A DNA stretch of 55,376 nucleotides, taken from positions 372,001 to 427,376 of the forward strand of contig NW_025767222.1 of the NCBI RefSeq assembly GCF_003918875.1, in the 5' to 3' direction. Of this stretch, positions 24,665-39,130 are shown piece by piece. The notes below the pieces were generated by a model. It saw only the letters and a program-made list of their open reading frames with translations. It made no database searches and was not told where the DNA came from. The position numbers and the translations under genes are program-made. The DNA comes from Haliotis rubra. Lineage: Eukaryota. Position 1 is the first letter of the stretch, and each line of letters begins with the position of its first letter.

Positions 24665-25097
24665 GTACATCTGTAATACTATTGAATTTTAGGCCTGTCT
24701 TGGAGAGTCCTTGAAATTAGATTCTGTTTGAAACAGAATTGAAAGTGGGTAACATACCTTGAAAAGACCCTAAATTGTCCAAACGATTCTCCATGTCATG
24801 AAGTGTTTGAAAAATCTGTTGAAATCAATTAAAATCTTAAGAAACCAATTTTGATATAATCCTTTTACAGTGAGTAAACCATACAGAGTTATCTCCCTTT
24901 GAAGGAGTGCCTGCTTCCATTAGCGTACAATATATCCTGAATCTGTGACATTTTAAGAGATCGGCAAGAATTGTATGGTAATAAGAAAATCCAATAGCAG
25001 ATTTGTCTGGACTATGCTTCTTGGTTTGTCAGCACTATACACGTTCTTGTGGGCTTCAATGAATAGTAATCATCTTAGGGCTGTATCACACATTCCT

Positions 25098-25307
25098 AAC
25101 CCATGCTTGTCATAAGAGGCGACTAATGGGATTGGATGGTCAGGCTCGCTGACCTGGTTAACACATGTCATCAGTTCTCAATTGCGCAGATCGATGCTCA
25201 TACTGTTGATCACTGGATTGTCCGGTCGAGACTCGATTATTTACAGACCGCCGCCATATAGCTGGAATATTGCTGAGTGAGGCGTAGAACTAAACTCGCT
25301 CACTCAC
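25098..25307 (+). mobile_element. SINE family A, 5'-truncated
   Basis: Matches family A; flanked by a cacacattcct direct repeat. Confidence 0.88.
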
Positions 25308-25628
25308 ACATTCCTTCCACATCAGGCTGACTTGCTGTAATTTGAGGGGGAACTTGTCTCAGGGTATTAGGATGTCAAAGCAAAATTGAATCAAGTCACT
25401 GAAAAACAACACTTTAAATACAAGTTGTGTGACGTTTATCAATTATGCAAATTAATGAGTACCCTTATAACATGGAGAGGTTTCAGCCCAACTTACTCAC
25501 TTTGATAGTGGAAATTGCTGACTGTTACATAAAATAGTGACTGATTCTTGTCCGCTGATGTTACTCGAGGTACTCTTGTCATCCCACACTTACTTGATGC
25601 CATGATAGAACCGAAGTACAGATAATAG

Positions 25629-25787
<159 letters not shown>

Positions 25788-26785
25788 TCTTAGTGACATT
25801 AGTGACAGACCCTTGACTGCTCTGCTGCTAGCAACGATGTAGTCCAGCTCACTTGCATACCAGTCTTTCTTCACTGTTTAGTGAAAGAGCAAGTTCAAAA
25901 ATTGCAAGCACAAGACCCTCCCATCTTACAAGTATAGCAGTTGGGATGTGGAGCTGTTTCAGGAACAGTTGTTGCAAATTATTGACTGAAACTGTTTATG
26001 AAGCTGTTTATGAAGCTGTGTTGATAATGTGCAAGTGATTACGGTAAATTAGTTCTGTGATGCAAGAGACTTGACAATTTTCCAGTTGATTCATAGCTTC
26101 TTTGAAAGCTCCTTATATTTCACTGGGTGTTGTGTCTCATCTGTGAAATTGTATTCCTAAAATGTACACCCATTGATTGAAGTGCTGTGGGGTAGATGAG
26201 GTCTGTGTCAGCACACTGAAGACCTCGGTTCTAATGCCCACAAGGTACACTGATGCATGTTTTAAGTCACATGTTGAATTGTTTTTTGACACCTGGATGA
26301 TAAGCTTCTTGCTCATTTACATCCATCCTTGACTAAACACAAGAATAGTAGCTCTCTAATCCCTAAGTTGATTTCTCCGAGTCATGAATAATTAATCATG
26401 TCACAGTTGTCTAGCATGCACAAATGGAATTTAGTTTGCCTACAAGTTGACTGGTATGTTCAAACTGCTATACAGAAAGTGAGAAGCATCAAGGACAGAT
26501 TTTTCATATTTACACAAATCTGGTCATGTATCTCAATTATTTATTTTGTGCTTTCATTGAATTCTAAAGTGCTAGGTCCAGTTTCTTGTAGCAATTGTAA
26601 TTCTACGCCTGTCAAAATGTTATAGATTTAGCATCTCCCTTAATGAATGCTTTGACACTTCTTGCATAAGACTTCATTCGTGATCTGTGAGATTTTGAAG
26701 CTTGAATGTTAGAATCAAACGAAACAAGACTTGTATGTTCCGTGTAATTCACACTAATTTTACAGCCATGCTCTTAATGATTTAT

Positions 26786-26948
26786 GGGGCGGTGGTGTAG
26801 CCTAGTGGTTAAAGCATTCGCTCGTCACGCTGAAGGCCCAGGTTCGATTCCCCACATGGGTACAATGTGTGAAGCCCATTTCTGGTGTCCCCAGCCGTGA
26901 TATTGCTGGAATATTGCTAAAATCAGCGTAAAATCCAACTCACTCACT
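26786..26948 (+). mobile_element. tRNA-derived SINE family B
   Basis: A box tagcctagtgg, B box ggttcgattcc, body gtacaatgtgtgaagcccatttctggtgtcccc, and an (ACTC)n tail. Confidence 0.9.
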
Positions 26949-27449
26949 TAATGAATTATGTGTTAATTTGTATGCATATTAACTGTGTGACTACATACAC
27001 ACTGGATTCCCACCTTATTTTCTGAGATGCCATGTATCATGTAATGGCCACTGCCTATACAAGGGTTACTTTCATTGTCTAAAACAGATGTAGTCAATAT
27101 AGTGTGTTTTAACACTTGGTGCTTCCAAGAATAGAGTGAATGTAACATATTTGTTGTGGATGTAAGGAAGTGATGACATAGACGGGGTGTGCATCACTTG
27201 ACACTGTGGAGTACGATGAAGCAGCTCATACATCAGATTGGCAGTCCTTTCAAGTTTGTTTCAAGTCTACCAGCTGGAATTAGCCTTGCACAATGTCTCA
27301 CACATGGAAATGGGCCCAGATTAAAGCATTGCCTCATCAGGTATTTTCTCTGAAACTGTTCAGAAGACAATATTTTGCCCATGTGTTTTACAACTCCCAA
27401 ATTAGTATAGAAAGTTTCCTATCACTAATACTATGACTGTAAAGGTGAC

Positions 27450-27683
27450 ATGCACTTTACCAATCAGGGGAATCAGGAACAGTAAAGAGGAAGAGGCTTT
27501 AATTTACATTATTACATTGTATATAACGTTTAATGCACTTTACCAATCAGGGGAATCAGGAACAGTAAAGAGGAAGAGGCTTTAATTTACATTATTACAT
27601 TGTATATAACGTTTAATTCAGCTTAACAGTAAAGAGGAAGAGGCTTTAATTTACATTATTACAGTGTATATAACGTTTAATTC
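27450..27683 (+). repeat. Recent tandem duplication, ~84-bp unit x2 plus a partial third copy
   Basis: atgcactttaccaatcaggggaatcaggaacagtaaagaggaagaggctttaatttacattattacattgtatataacgttta repeated almost exactly. Confidence 0.92.
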
Positions 27684-29267
27684 ATCTTAACTCGAGAAAA
27701 TTAGAACTTAAAAAATTCCCGGTTTTTAGCAAAGTAACTGTCTCTTCCAATTTGCCAGTCTTTCATAATCCCTGCTCTCTTGATTTACCACTCACTTGTG
27801 CTAACGTCTAAGACTGTTGTTCCATGGAACTATATCTTTGGAACAAACATGTTAGTTTGTAAAGCCTGTGCTTTTCCCATTGTAAGACAGGCATGAAAAA
27901 GGAAATATGTTTATTTGTTTCAGTGAAAAACAATTACCTGATGTTTGCTTTTGTCGTTAAACTTAATGACGCAGCACTAATCATTACTGAATCTCTCCCA
28001 GTATGTTAAGGTTTTCTCATCTCGGGAGGTTTTCCCAGCTGTATAACTTGACCAAAAGCATGATGCCATTCTGATTTCAGTCAAATTGTCCTACTGTGAA
28101 ATTTTTTACTTGGTCCTTTTCAGGGTCATGAATTTTCCTCCCAAGTGCAGACATGAAAAGACACGGCTACTAGTCTGTCATTCCAAGACTAGTCACAGTC
28201 TAGTTGGACCAGATCTTTGATCACAAACTCTTGTTATTTTACATGTCTGAAATGAGCTAAGGACCTGTTTGCCTATGATCCATGATCTAACCCGCTGTTG
28301 GTACATCTTTGTTTACCACGGATGTTTGAACTTGCTCTTCCAATCATGAGACATTCATGCATTACTCTGTAATAATACAAATGAAAGTATCTGTCATAAG
28401 GATAAGAGTATCTGCTTGTTTCTGTCCAAGGCGTTTTTATCCAGTAGTGCTGTTTGTCAATAGACTTGACATATTCTTTAATTACTGTTCTAGTGGTCAG
28501 TATACCATGAGGGGACAAGTCTGTGTTTGAAGTACCCATCATGTTGCCAATAATACTGTAGACAGACTAGAAATTACCCAGTAAGTTGTATTTTAACGTT
28601 TAATAACCATGCTTATATCTATTTGGCTTGGTTTGTTAAACATTCTCAGTACATTTACTGATTTTTTTATGTAGTCCCAAGAGATCTGTGGCTTCATCAG
28701 CAATGTACTGGTAGTCCGTTTATGTCGTGACGATGAGAGATGTCAGGTCTCAAAGTCTAATGCTTAAAACCCATCTCTTGAGATTTCATTAATATGCTGC
28801 CCTACAAAATTGGTTGAAGGGCTTTGTTGCCAGATGGTACCTTTAAAGAATCCCTGGTTTGTGGCCAATTACATATGTATTTATTTCAACACTGATTGCT
28901 GCCATACTATAGCAAACTATTTATATTATGATCATGTCATGTATGACCTGCATTTAAGTGCTAAATGAATAACTGTGTAATTTGAATCCGTTTTACAAAG
29001 ATACACTCCAATGTCTTAGAAAAATGTAGTTTGTGTGTACGTTACAGATTTATAAACAGCTTTTTGCTCGTCTTTTGTCAGCTCTTTCAGTCATTCATCA
29101 AATAATATGGAAAACTGCACATGCATGACGTCCCTTTGAAATTGTTGTTAGAAAAGAGATTTCTTATGTATTTGTTCATGAGATCAGTTAAGTTGTTTGT
29201 TGTAATCAGGATTGTTAGAGTAACCAATTTCTTCAAGCTTCAGTTGTTAACTGTTGTTTCTGGGTTT

Positions 29268-29508
29268 CAGGGGTGTGAAATAACCCATTGCCTGATGCCC
29301 GAGTCAAGTGTTTTTTTCTGTTGGGCAAGCAAATTTGTATATCACACTGTACCGGTGTCCAGTTGACTTTCCAATATTAATTATGGTTTCTATTTAAAAA
29401 ATCAACAAGAAAATGGCCGGTATAGTGGAAAAATTATCAGGGCAAGTGATTTTACATGTGCCACTGTTCCGGAGTACACTAGCAATTTTAAAGTTATTTC
29501 CACCCCTG
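29268..29508 (+). mobile_element. MITE with 5-bp TSD, copy 2
   Basis: caggggtgtgaaataac...gttatttccacccctg; ggttt on both flanks. Confidence 0.85.
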
Positions 29509-31276
29509 GGTTTAATCAATCTCTTTATAACCTTGTATTGTCAGTGCTGTCTAGAAATGTTTACCAGACTTAATGAAATTCGGAAGTGCAGTTGTTGCAA
29601 GAAACCAGAGACACTAAGTGTTATTGTGAGTGCTAGGTAACATCAGTTGTACAAATGTTTTGGTTGACGAAGTTGTATAATGTGTCATGGTGCTGATTTA
29701 CTGACACAACTGAAGGAAACTCATCATGCCCCGTAGATGCCATCCACAGAAAAAATGATGATCAAGCTGATGAGTTTCAGAAAAATCCAGCAAACCAGTT
29801 TTGGAGGACGTTTTCATTGGATTGGAATGCTCATATCATCGCCAGCATGGTGTTAACTTCAGAGCACATTGTGTTTGCATAATTGATTGAAGCTCATTGA
29901 AAATGGTTTTTTTTAAGTCTGTGATTTTCTACCCCGATGTTCAGGATGATGACCCAGATCAACATGCTGGAGGTTTAGCCTGCTAACTGTACCTGGGAAT
30001 AAACTGTACCATGTGACAACCTGTTGAGTAAGCCTTCATTGAAATTCTTGTGGAATGGATCTTGTTGATTCTTCATTGGAAGTCAAAACTTGGCCATCCA
30101 TTGTGCCGGTTGTTATTCCATGCTAACCTGCCTCAGGTAGTAAACAGATCCAGAAAAACACAGAAGCAAAGCCGAAGAAAGAAGCAGAAGAAAAAACCCA
30201 ATTATTTAGAAATCACTTTTACAAAGAAATGTGAGATTTAATATACTGGCTGTGAGAACGTGATTTTCATCAGAAGAAAGTGAGTGCAAAAACATAAGAG
30301 TTTACAGGTTTGGATAATACAACCATGGATAAATCAATGCCTGATCAATATAGGCTTCATGGATTGTGTTCTGAAAACGAGCCCAATTTGAAAAGATAAT
30401 GGTAAACTTTGACCATAACAAAGAACCTATAATCTCAGAGTTGCCAACACATTTGAAGTTTTGTATTTGTTATAATTTTACAGCCTAAAGTAAACCAGTA
30501 CCATCAACTCTGTGAAAACTTGAATTTCTGAAATTCTGTGCATGTGATTATCTTAGGTCATAAACATCATAAATAACACTTCCATACGCCAAAATACTCA
30601 AGATCTCTGATTCTTAGTTAAATATAAATATGTAACCAGTAAATAGAACACCAGGGCTGAGTGATTGGTCAGTAGTGACGAATACCCATGAAAACCCACT
30701 TTCAGTATCCAGTCAGAAAAAAATACTGCACCTGATGCAGAAATTGTGTTAACTACTCCAAACATATTCACAAGTACAGATTGATCAATTTACTTATTAC
30801 TACACTGATATATAAGCTAATGGGCATGGTGTTATGGTATGAAACATATCATTCTTGATGTGTGTTACTCTTAGTTTTCTGAAAATGCTATTTTATTCTA
30901 AGCAAAGTTACTATTTGGAACTGGAAAGCACCCTTTCTGTGATCTCACTTCAACTTCTTTTAAAATTAGAAAAAAACCCATGCTGAACATCCTTTTGTAT
31001 AAGATTGAAGTTTTACACCCACTGATTGCATTAAAATGTTTAGGAATTGCTTAGTTATTGGCTAAGGCCTTTAGAATCTGACACAAATGAAGAGGTTTAG
31101 CTCAACTGGTTGACAACCAACTGTTTTAATGGTCTGGTATTCATCTTTTACCTTTCCACTTGTACACATTTCTGGCACCTCTAAAACTACTGGATGTAGT
31201 TGTGGTGTGGTAATCCTCTTACCCCGACAAGCAAAAACATTATGTCACCACTCTTGACCCCTTGACCTATAATTTT

Positions 31277-31420
31277 GGGCAGTTGAGTAACCTTAAAGCA
31301 TTGGCTCATCATTCCGAAGACCCGGGTTTGATTCCCCACATGGGTACAATGTGAGAAGCCCATTTCTGGTGTCCCCTGCTGAATATTGAAAAAAGCAGCG
31401 TAAAACTAAACTCACTCACT
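31277..31420 (+). mobile_element. SINE family B, degenerate
   Basis: gaagacccgggtttgattccccacatgggtacaatgtg...aaactaaactcactcac. Confidence 0.8.
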
Positions 31421-32933
31421 TGACCTGTTTTGATGCCTCTGATGACAAGCAGAGGTTGCTGGGATCTGTTCTAACCTGGATTCTACACTGTTAATGCTTG
31501 GGTGAGATACTGCTTGTTTTTGAGATAGCACTTATGATCACTGAAGGTGTATTAACAAGCACAATTTGTTCAAATATTACCTTTCACTGAAAAAATGCAC
31601 TTTTAAATCATTTTAGAAACAGTATTGGCAAGTGTATGATGATATTCCAGTCAGTGGCAAACATAAGTGTGGGGTATAAATATTAGCTGTCACTTAGAGA
31701 CCGAGATGTTTTCTATCCTCTTTCTGAAATGCTGTACTTTCTTGACTATATTCCATATTCTGGTGTTCATACATGATATGTAAGATATATCTTTTTCATT
31801 CTAGTATGATAATTACCCTGCACCCATTTGCCCAAAATGTTTTTGTTGAATCTGTTTCTAATATAAATAAAATGATAAAATGGTAGGTTAAATTCATGAT
31901 TGAAAGGACTAGACTTGCCTTGTGTACTTGTGTCTCAGCAACTGGAAAAACCTCATTGTCTCTTATCACAACATTTCCAGCTGAATGTTCATTGATTACA
32001 GTCTTTTTTAACAAAGACACCAACATTATGCCTGTACGAGACAGCAATTTTGAAATTCTGTTTCATACTCTTGTTGCATTTGGTTGCTGGGCAAGACAAT
32101 GTTTGCTAAGTTGGTGATACTGGAGATGGTAGTGTTACTGGTACTGTTTCTCTTGGAATGAGATATGGTGAATAGGTCGAGGTATTCATCATTATATGTT
32201 GCTATGGTTAATATGGTTTTGGCGTAAAATTCACAACACAATAAGGAAAATTATTGTTTCCACGGAGCACCTGTACCAATTATTTGTTCATCACAAAACT
32301 GACACAGTTATGGCAATTTTCCGCTGATCTGCAGATTTCTGCAGAATCGTCTAAATCCCCCATTTGATGACATATTATCAGCTTAAAATAGATTTTCCTG
32401 TTGCCATACCTGCTGACACATCTGAGATGGCATTCAAGGAACTTGTGCAGATTACATAATGCTAAGAAATAAAGGTGTTGTATTCTACATATTTTGGAAA
32501 AAAGGCAGGGTCAGTTTGGGACAAAAACTACTGAAGTTTCTGAACCTGCTTTGTGGTCACATTACATTTCTAACCATCTAACAATCACTTGAAGCAATCA
32601 CGTTTTTACTTTAAATGACAAGCATTCTCAGAATGTGTTATGAATGTTCTCTAATGTGATAGAAACATAAGCAAGTCGAATGAGGATGTGCCAAATGTGT
32701 TTTCAGTTCTAAATGTGTCACATGGTTGTTTTGTATTGGTTCTGTTATTTATGAATGTGTGTATATTATCCAAATCATTATCTTGCATGTACAAACTGAG
32801 CAAGCACATCATTGTATATGATTCGGATTATTTAAGGTCTCTGTGTAATTGATGGCTCATTAATATTGATGTGTTTAAAGTCAAAGATATATTCTCTTTG
32901 TCAATTCTGAAGCAGAAAACCTATGGCCCTGAA

Positions 32934-33056
32934 GTTAGGTCATAATCGATGCTCATGATGTTGATCACTTGATTGTCTGGTCCAGACTCAATTATTTACA
33001 GACCATATAGCTGGAATATTGCTGAGTGCTGCATAAAACTGAACTCACTCACTCAC
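32934..33056 (+). mobile_element. SINE family A, 3' half
   Basis: atcgatgctcatgatgttgatcac...gctggaatattgctgagtg...actcactcac. Confidence 0.8.
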
Positions 33057-34048
33057 TGTTACATTTATTTCATGGGGGTTCACTTTGTGCCATCATGTGA
33101 TGTCCTGTATCAATAATGTGCATAATCATCCGTTTATTGGGGCAGCGTGCTTGTTTTGGTAAGGCTTCTGTAGCGTTGGATCTACATTCAACAAAGATAG
33201 TCAGCTTATTTATGTTTGTTTGGGTTTTGCATATATGCATATGCTTCTGTTAGTTAAGTTTTTTCCCTATTTTTCTGAACTGGTGCTTTTTGTTTCGTTA
33301 TGGTAACAATGTTCAGCAGCCAATGCCTGTTAGTCAATGATTGAATTTGCAGATGTAAAGATTTGTATGTTGCACAGTTAGGAACTATTAACAGCAGTGG
33401 TAATGGAATATTCGGTTAATTGTCAAATAATAATATGTGTCAAACCATAGTGTTTTTGTCTTTGAAAATTTATCCTTTATAAAATGAACCAAAACACTTG
33501 CCCACCTGTACTGTATGCTGAGGTAATTTCAGCACAATGTATGCATGCTGTATCTCTGCAATCATTCAAATACCTTTCCTATTTGTATTTAATTGGCTGT
33601 TGTGTGGTGGAATTTTTTATCTGAACATTTTCTTATTTCTGTGAAAGGACAATCACATATGGTACTTGATGTAGATCAATTTTTATCATAGGCATGGGTG
33701 GCCGTTTCAAATAGCAGCTTGCATTTCACTGTGCAGTTACATCCCTTGGGTGTACATACACCTATGATTATGATTTCTAAGCCATGTTTCAGGATTCACC
33801 CATATTTAGCTGCAGGTTTATCAGCTCCATATCACCACTCCTGGGTTTCATCACAGTGGAAAAGTACTAAGGCCTGCATCTTTTTGGGCTTTCCTCAATC
33901 AACAAGCCATGATATACTGAAATACTGTTCAAAGAAGGTTATACCACACCAACTGACTCACTCACAAATGTGAAACCGATATTTGTGTGCTAAGTTGCAT
34001 CTGTTAGGTGTGTCAAGTACCAGATCAGTAGCCGTATGCTTTCATAAA

Positions 34049-34214
34049 CGGGTGGGGTAGCCTAGTGGTGAAAGCGTTTGCTCGGCACACCGAAGACCCG
34101 GGTTCGATTCCCCACATGGATACAATATTTGAAACCCATTCTGGTTTCCCTTAGCAGTGATATTGCTGGAAATTGCTAAAAGCGGGGTAAAACTAAACTC
34201 ACCCACTCACTCAC
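34049..34214 (+). mobile_element. tRNA-derived SINE family B
   Basis: A and B boxes, body and tail as in 26786-26948. Confidence 0.88.
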
Positions 34215-36335
34215 AAATGCAGTGAAATCTTATGTCAACTTCAGCCAATAAGTTAAAGTCATATTACAGCAAGTTGAGATTTCTGGAAATGTTACACATT
34301 GTTTTGCCTTGATACCCTGATTTCAACTGTCTTGTGTGATAGCCTTTTTATTTTGTGTGATAGTGTTTTATTTTAAGAAGAACCTGATTGAAAGATGTGT
34401 GTGTACATGAAATTTCTCATCAAATACAGATGAGTGGGGTCTCATGGAACTAATATAATCAGTACTAAGCCATACGCAGTACTAAGCCATACGACAATGA
34501 TATTTATGCAACTGCAGGTGTGAATGGTGTATGTGGAAGTGTCTGGGGAGCATGCAGTGACTTCCGCAGTCTGTTTAAAACTGAACAGCTATTTATGGAT
34601 GTGCCATCAGGGTTACTGTTTAATTTGACCTTACTGCCATTACCCAACATAATATGACCTATGTGGTGACTGCATGTAACAGTATATATTGTCAGTTTAA
34701 TTAGCCACATAACTGGATTTGAATTAGCAAAATCTACTCCAGCAACAAATCTTTGACCACTCAATAACATTTCTAGCACTGTTCTTCTTGTTCTCATGCA
34801 GTATGTGTCTAAGACACCACATTTCTCTGTGCATAGTGAGTCACTTTGGCATCGGAAATAATTATGATAATGGTTAGGAATCCCATTTTGCCCTAAGTAT
34901 GTTTCCAGATCTGTCAGCATTATATCCTCTCCTTCATTTTACCAAAGTGATAACCACGCCATATAGCTGGAATATTGCTGAGTGTGCCCAAAACTAAACT
35001 CACTCACTCACTCACTACCAAAGTGGTCAATGTCTGAGAATTACATCAATTTGGGCTTTCTTCCCACATCAAGCAGACACACATGATACAGTTGGATTAT
35101 TTGTCAAGCCAGTGTTTAAACCAAACTCACTCACTCCACCCCGATCCTATATATATTGCACCTTACCTGTGTTGGTTTCACTTGTAAATGTCAACCTGGA
35201 TCAGGCTTTCCTCCCACCTCTACATGACTATTGATGCTGTCCATACCAGCCTTGAATCCAATTTGTTTGTTTTTTTAACTTTGGTTTATAGATTTTGTAT
35301 TATTCAGTCCTGAAGTAGGTTTTAACAGACTGGCATTGCACATACTGTAAGTGTTTGTAGTACCAAACAGTTGTGAAGACTGTGGGGTGTATCTTGTGAT
35401 GTTTGTAAAAAAACTGATGCAGCAGAATTGTGGATGTAAAGTGTTACCACTTGTTTATAAGTACATATGTGTGTCAAACTTAAAGCCAGTTTGTAAACCA
35501 GTTGTATTATACAAGCGATGTTCAAAAACTGTTTTCATATGTTCCTATGGACAATAAAGGCTTGTTCTAAACATGCACCGGTGGAGTTTGTAAATTCTGT
35601 TGTATCTCCGGCAGGAGGTTGGTTTTCTTGTTGCTGACCTCTGATAAAGTCTTCAGCACTAAGACTAAAGAAAGACAGGTTGTAACGTCATGAAGGCTTT
35701 GTGGATCGGGACGCCTTTATCATCCATTCTAACCCGGACCTACACGTGTCTAGTTCGTCGGTGCCACAAAAATCATGAACGTACTATGTCTTTCCTGAAT
35801 ACGTTTCACGAAAACAAGAGGTAAGATTTACTACACATGGTGGAATTACATCTCTTGCAAACACTCTCCTGTGAAAAATGTGCTCTCAGCCATGGATTTG
35901 TATAATACACAGTGTATTTGGTTTTGCAGAACATTGATCTTTATAACTGTTCTGTTCAAACCAGAAACAAAAACATCCTCACCCATCACAGGAAGCCTTT
36001 CAGACCAAGTGCTTTCTGTTTACCAAGTATTTCTTCTGTAATATTCAAATTGATGTTCTGTAGAGAATAGCGTCTAACAGAAAGGATGTACATTAATAGA
36101 TCAATTAAACATTTAGGAAGATATACTGTTTCCCGTTTGTTTTAAGCATTACACATTAGCTGTGCCGTGATGGTCTATAAAAAGCCAGCCAAGTAACCAA
36201 ACACATGATCAAAACGTGTTAAGCGAATGCTCATGTGGTTAAAAACCCTAGATATGTTCAACAAACAAGTAGTATATAAGTGTGTTTGTGAAAGATTGGC
36301 AAAACGTAATACGTTTTGGAAGCATCCACCTAAAC

Positions 36336-36603
36336 ATGGCCGCGCTAGATCATCAGGTGAATCTGTTGGATATGTGTGGAGTTGATGTAATGGCCTCGAT
36401 GCTTCTTACTGACATGATCTTGGTGCACTGCGATATTGAATATCATGAATCCAGACTGGACTGTTTAAACAGTTGCTATGGTAATCCATCATGCATCATG
36501 TTCGACTTCATCCCCTCGGTAAATGAGTGCTGTTTCACCCAGACAAGCGACGCTATTGAATTTGAATATTATCCTGGAGGATCTGTTTATTCGCTAACCA
36601 CAG
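36336..36603 (+). CDS. C-type lectin-like gene exon 1 (PAN/apple-like Cys module); start codon uncertain
   Basis: SRLDCLNSCYGNPSCIMFDFIPSVNECCF fits the CxxxC....C..F.F.....C apple-like pattern. Ends ACA G|gtttgt in phase 1. TATAAAA at 36176. Confidence 0.6.
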
Positions 36604-36829
36604 GTTTGTCTCTCGGTGTTTATCCTCACGTTGTATCCGTGCGCACGTGCGTAAGAGTTTGCGTTAGACCATGTGGTAGACGCCATTTCGACCATTCATC
36701 AAATCCTGGTTTATAAGAAAGTAAGGTTCTTTATGGATAATAACTTCTTTTATTTTATATGATGCAACGTTTCGGTATGGATTCTTATACCGTTGTATTG
36801 GACAGAGATTGATACAGGGGACCGATGTC

Positions 36830-36943
36830 CTGGGTGCCGTTGTTCAAAACAACCTTAGCGCTAAGACTACCTTAAGTCTATGTTAAGGTATGGGAGTTAC
36901 GGTCACCTTAGCGCTAAGATCGCTTTGTACAACGGCACCCTGG
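36830..36943. mobile_element. Short palindromic MITE
   Basis: gggtgccgttgttcaaa...tttgtacaacggcaccc inverted termini, with the internal palindrome cttagcgctaag twice. Confidence 0.75.
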
Positions 36944-36964
36944 AATGTATTCAGACTCAGGAAT

Positions 36965-37099
36965 TAGTGAGTCAATATGGTTCTTCACCGCCTTTAGCAA
37001 TATTTCATCAAAATCAGCTTCACACCTTGTACCCGTGTTGAGAATCGTCTCTGGCGTGACGAGCGAACGCTTTCACTACTTGGCTAACCCGCTGCCCCT
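36965..37099 (-). mobile_element. SINE family B, degenerate
   Basis: ggcgtgacgagcgaacgcttt..actacttggcta.cccgctgcccc is the reverse of the tRNA head. Confidence 0.7.
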
Positions 37100-37360
37100 G
37101 CCTCAGGAAAGAAGTATGAATAAATGTATAATAGATTAATTCCTGGAGTTATAATCACTGGTTTGTAAACATCATACATGGTCATACATTCCGCCGACTA
37201 CTGGACGTCAATGATATGGTTACTTCGGAGCTTCCTCCCACATTTTGTTGGCATACCGAGATGTAACTGACAAATGCCTGTTGGCGTTAAACCTATCTCA
37301 CATTCATCTTAAACAAAATTTGGAAAATGACACTGTCTCCACCTGAATTACTATTTCCAG

Positions 37361-37552
37361 TTAAAAGTTCGTGTCGACACTCGGGCTATACGTTTCTACG
37401 AACGTCAAACCGGTGCGTCAAGATTGTGACGAACAACTCAACCGGCTGGGAGAATGCAGAGAGGGTTTGTCGAGCCGAGGGAGGAAGACTGGTTCAACTC
37501 TATATGATCTTCACAGAGGGCGACTTGATTGATACAGTATACACATCTGGCT
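37361..37552 (+). CDS. C-type lectin-like gene exon 2 (CTLD N-half)
   Basis: tccag|..SSCRHSGYTFLRTSNRCVKIVTNNSTGWENAERVCRAEGGRLVQL..T|gtgagt; phases 1/1 are compatible with both neighbours. Confidence 0.75.
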
Positions 37553-39130
37553 GTGAGTATAGACTGACGGACACCAGGTGTCACGGAAGGAGTATATATA
37601 TATATATATATATATATAATATGTACGCAAAATGTAGTAGTAGGTGTTCATATATAATATTATAGATATAAATAGAATGTTTTTTTCCAACATGTTTCGT
37701 TCTTTTATCTTCAGGAGATTGTAGCGGTACAATCTCCTGAAGAGTAAAGAACGAAACATGTTGGAGAAAAAGGCTTATTTATCTATGCAATATATATATA
37801 TGTTGTTTAATGTTGTCAATAGGAACATCGACAATAGCAGTCTCGATTACAAAACAAATATCCATATATATAATATTGTCCCAAAACTACAGACCATGAT
37901 TATGTTAATTTAATTGACACATTCACGTGGTTGTTTTATTGGCATTCTAGAAGTTGTTCTCGTGGTCAAGTCAAAACATTGATTACACAGCAGTCTCGTT
38001 TCCTGCTGACTGGGTTCCGTCCTGTTGCGCAACTTAGTACAATAGCCAGTCCAGAATTTTGAGACCGACTCATTCAGCTGGATATATAAATATTAATCAG
38101 TATTATTTGATACATCTAATCACTTGTATATTGCAACACTACGCTCCTTCTAATCCTTACAAACACGTCCTGCAGCGTGCTCTGACAAACGGAAATCTGG
38201 AAATCGTGGAAATCTCAAAGCAAGGCTCGGCCGCTAGAACAGTTTGGCGGTCTGGTACGAACTTAATATTATATCAATCACGTTGTACGTTGCAAACATG
38301 CATTTAATAAGCGCAAAGAACACATAACAGGTGTAACCAGGTAGCCAAATGAATTGTGAATCATTGTACGACCTCTTCAAACGGGCAGTCTGTGACGTCT
38401 TAGTTGACGACATGCTGCCTAAACCTCGACCTAAAATATAGAAATACGATTTTTTTAAACTTTATAATTACAATTAATGTGTAAATACAATTTCCTTATG
38501 AAACAAGGAATTGGAATTCTGTGCAACCGTAGTTGTTTGTAGTGTCTCTTTTCACTTTCACATGAGAAAATTCGGATCGGCTGAATAATAGGTTATTGTC
38601 TGAATTGGTTAATGAGACTCATGTTTCGGTTTGTTAAGTGAGATGAATTTTCGCCCCTTAGAACAATATTTCAGTTATCACGGGTTGATAACTCAGAGCT
38701 GGTGGAAAGTCCTTTGGCTACCTTTTTGGTCGTAACCAGAGTAACATAATCAGGGCGAAATTCGGATTCAATCTACAACTTGCAGATCCTGGATCGTCTA
38801 TGATAACACAATTCTCAATTTGTCCAAATACAGTTCACAAAGAGTTAACACAGAGTTGACACGTTTTCTCTTCAATTCAATCATTTACTTCGCCCGATCT
38901 GTCAAGAAATGCATGACGAACATAACACTAGTGAGTTTAGTTTTACGCCGCACTCAGCAATATTCCAGCTATATGGCGGACATAACAGTAAGTGAGCGTT
39001 GTGTGAGAGTTCCACCACAATCAGCCATATTAAGGTTTTAACAGTAGATGCATAACGACGCCATTCAGAAAGAAATGACATGTATTTTTCTTGGTAACAA
39101 TGTGAGAATGGTTCTGGTTGTTGTTTGCAG

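Noticed and set aside
26786-26860. tRNA-like sequences (also at 34049, 48727, 53749, 54734)
   Set aside because: A and B boxes are present, but each continues into a shared SINE body and tail and lacks a proper acceptor stem. These are SINE heads, not tRNA genes.
27700-35600. Assorted 60-140 aa ORFs downstream of UBE3A
   Set aside because: No recognisable domains, no consistent splice pattern, and several derive from MITE or SINE sequence.
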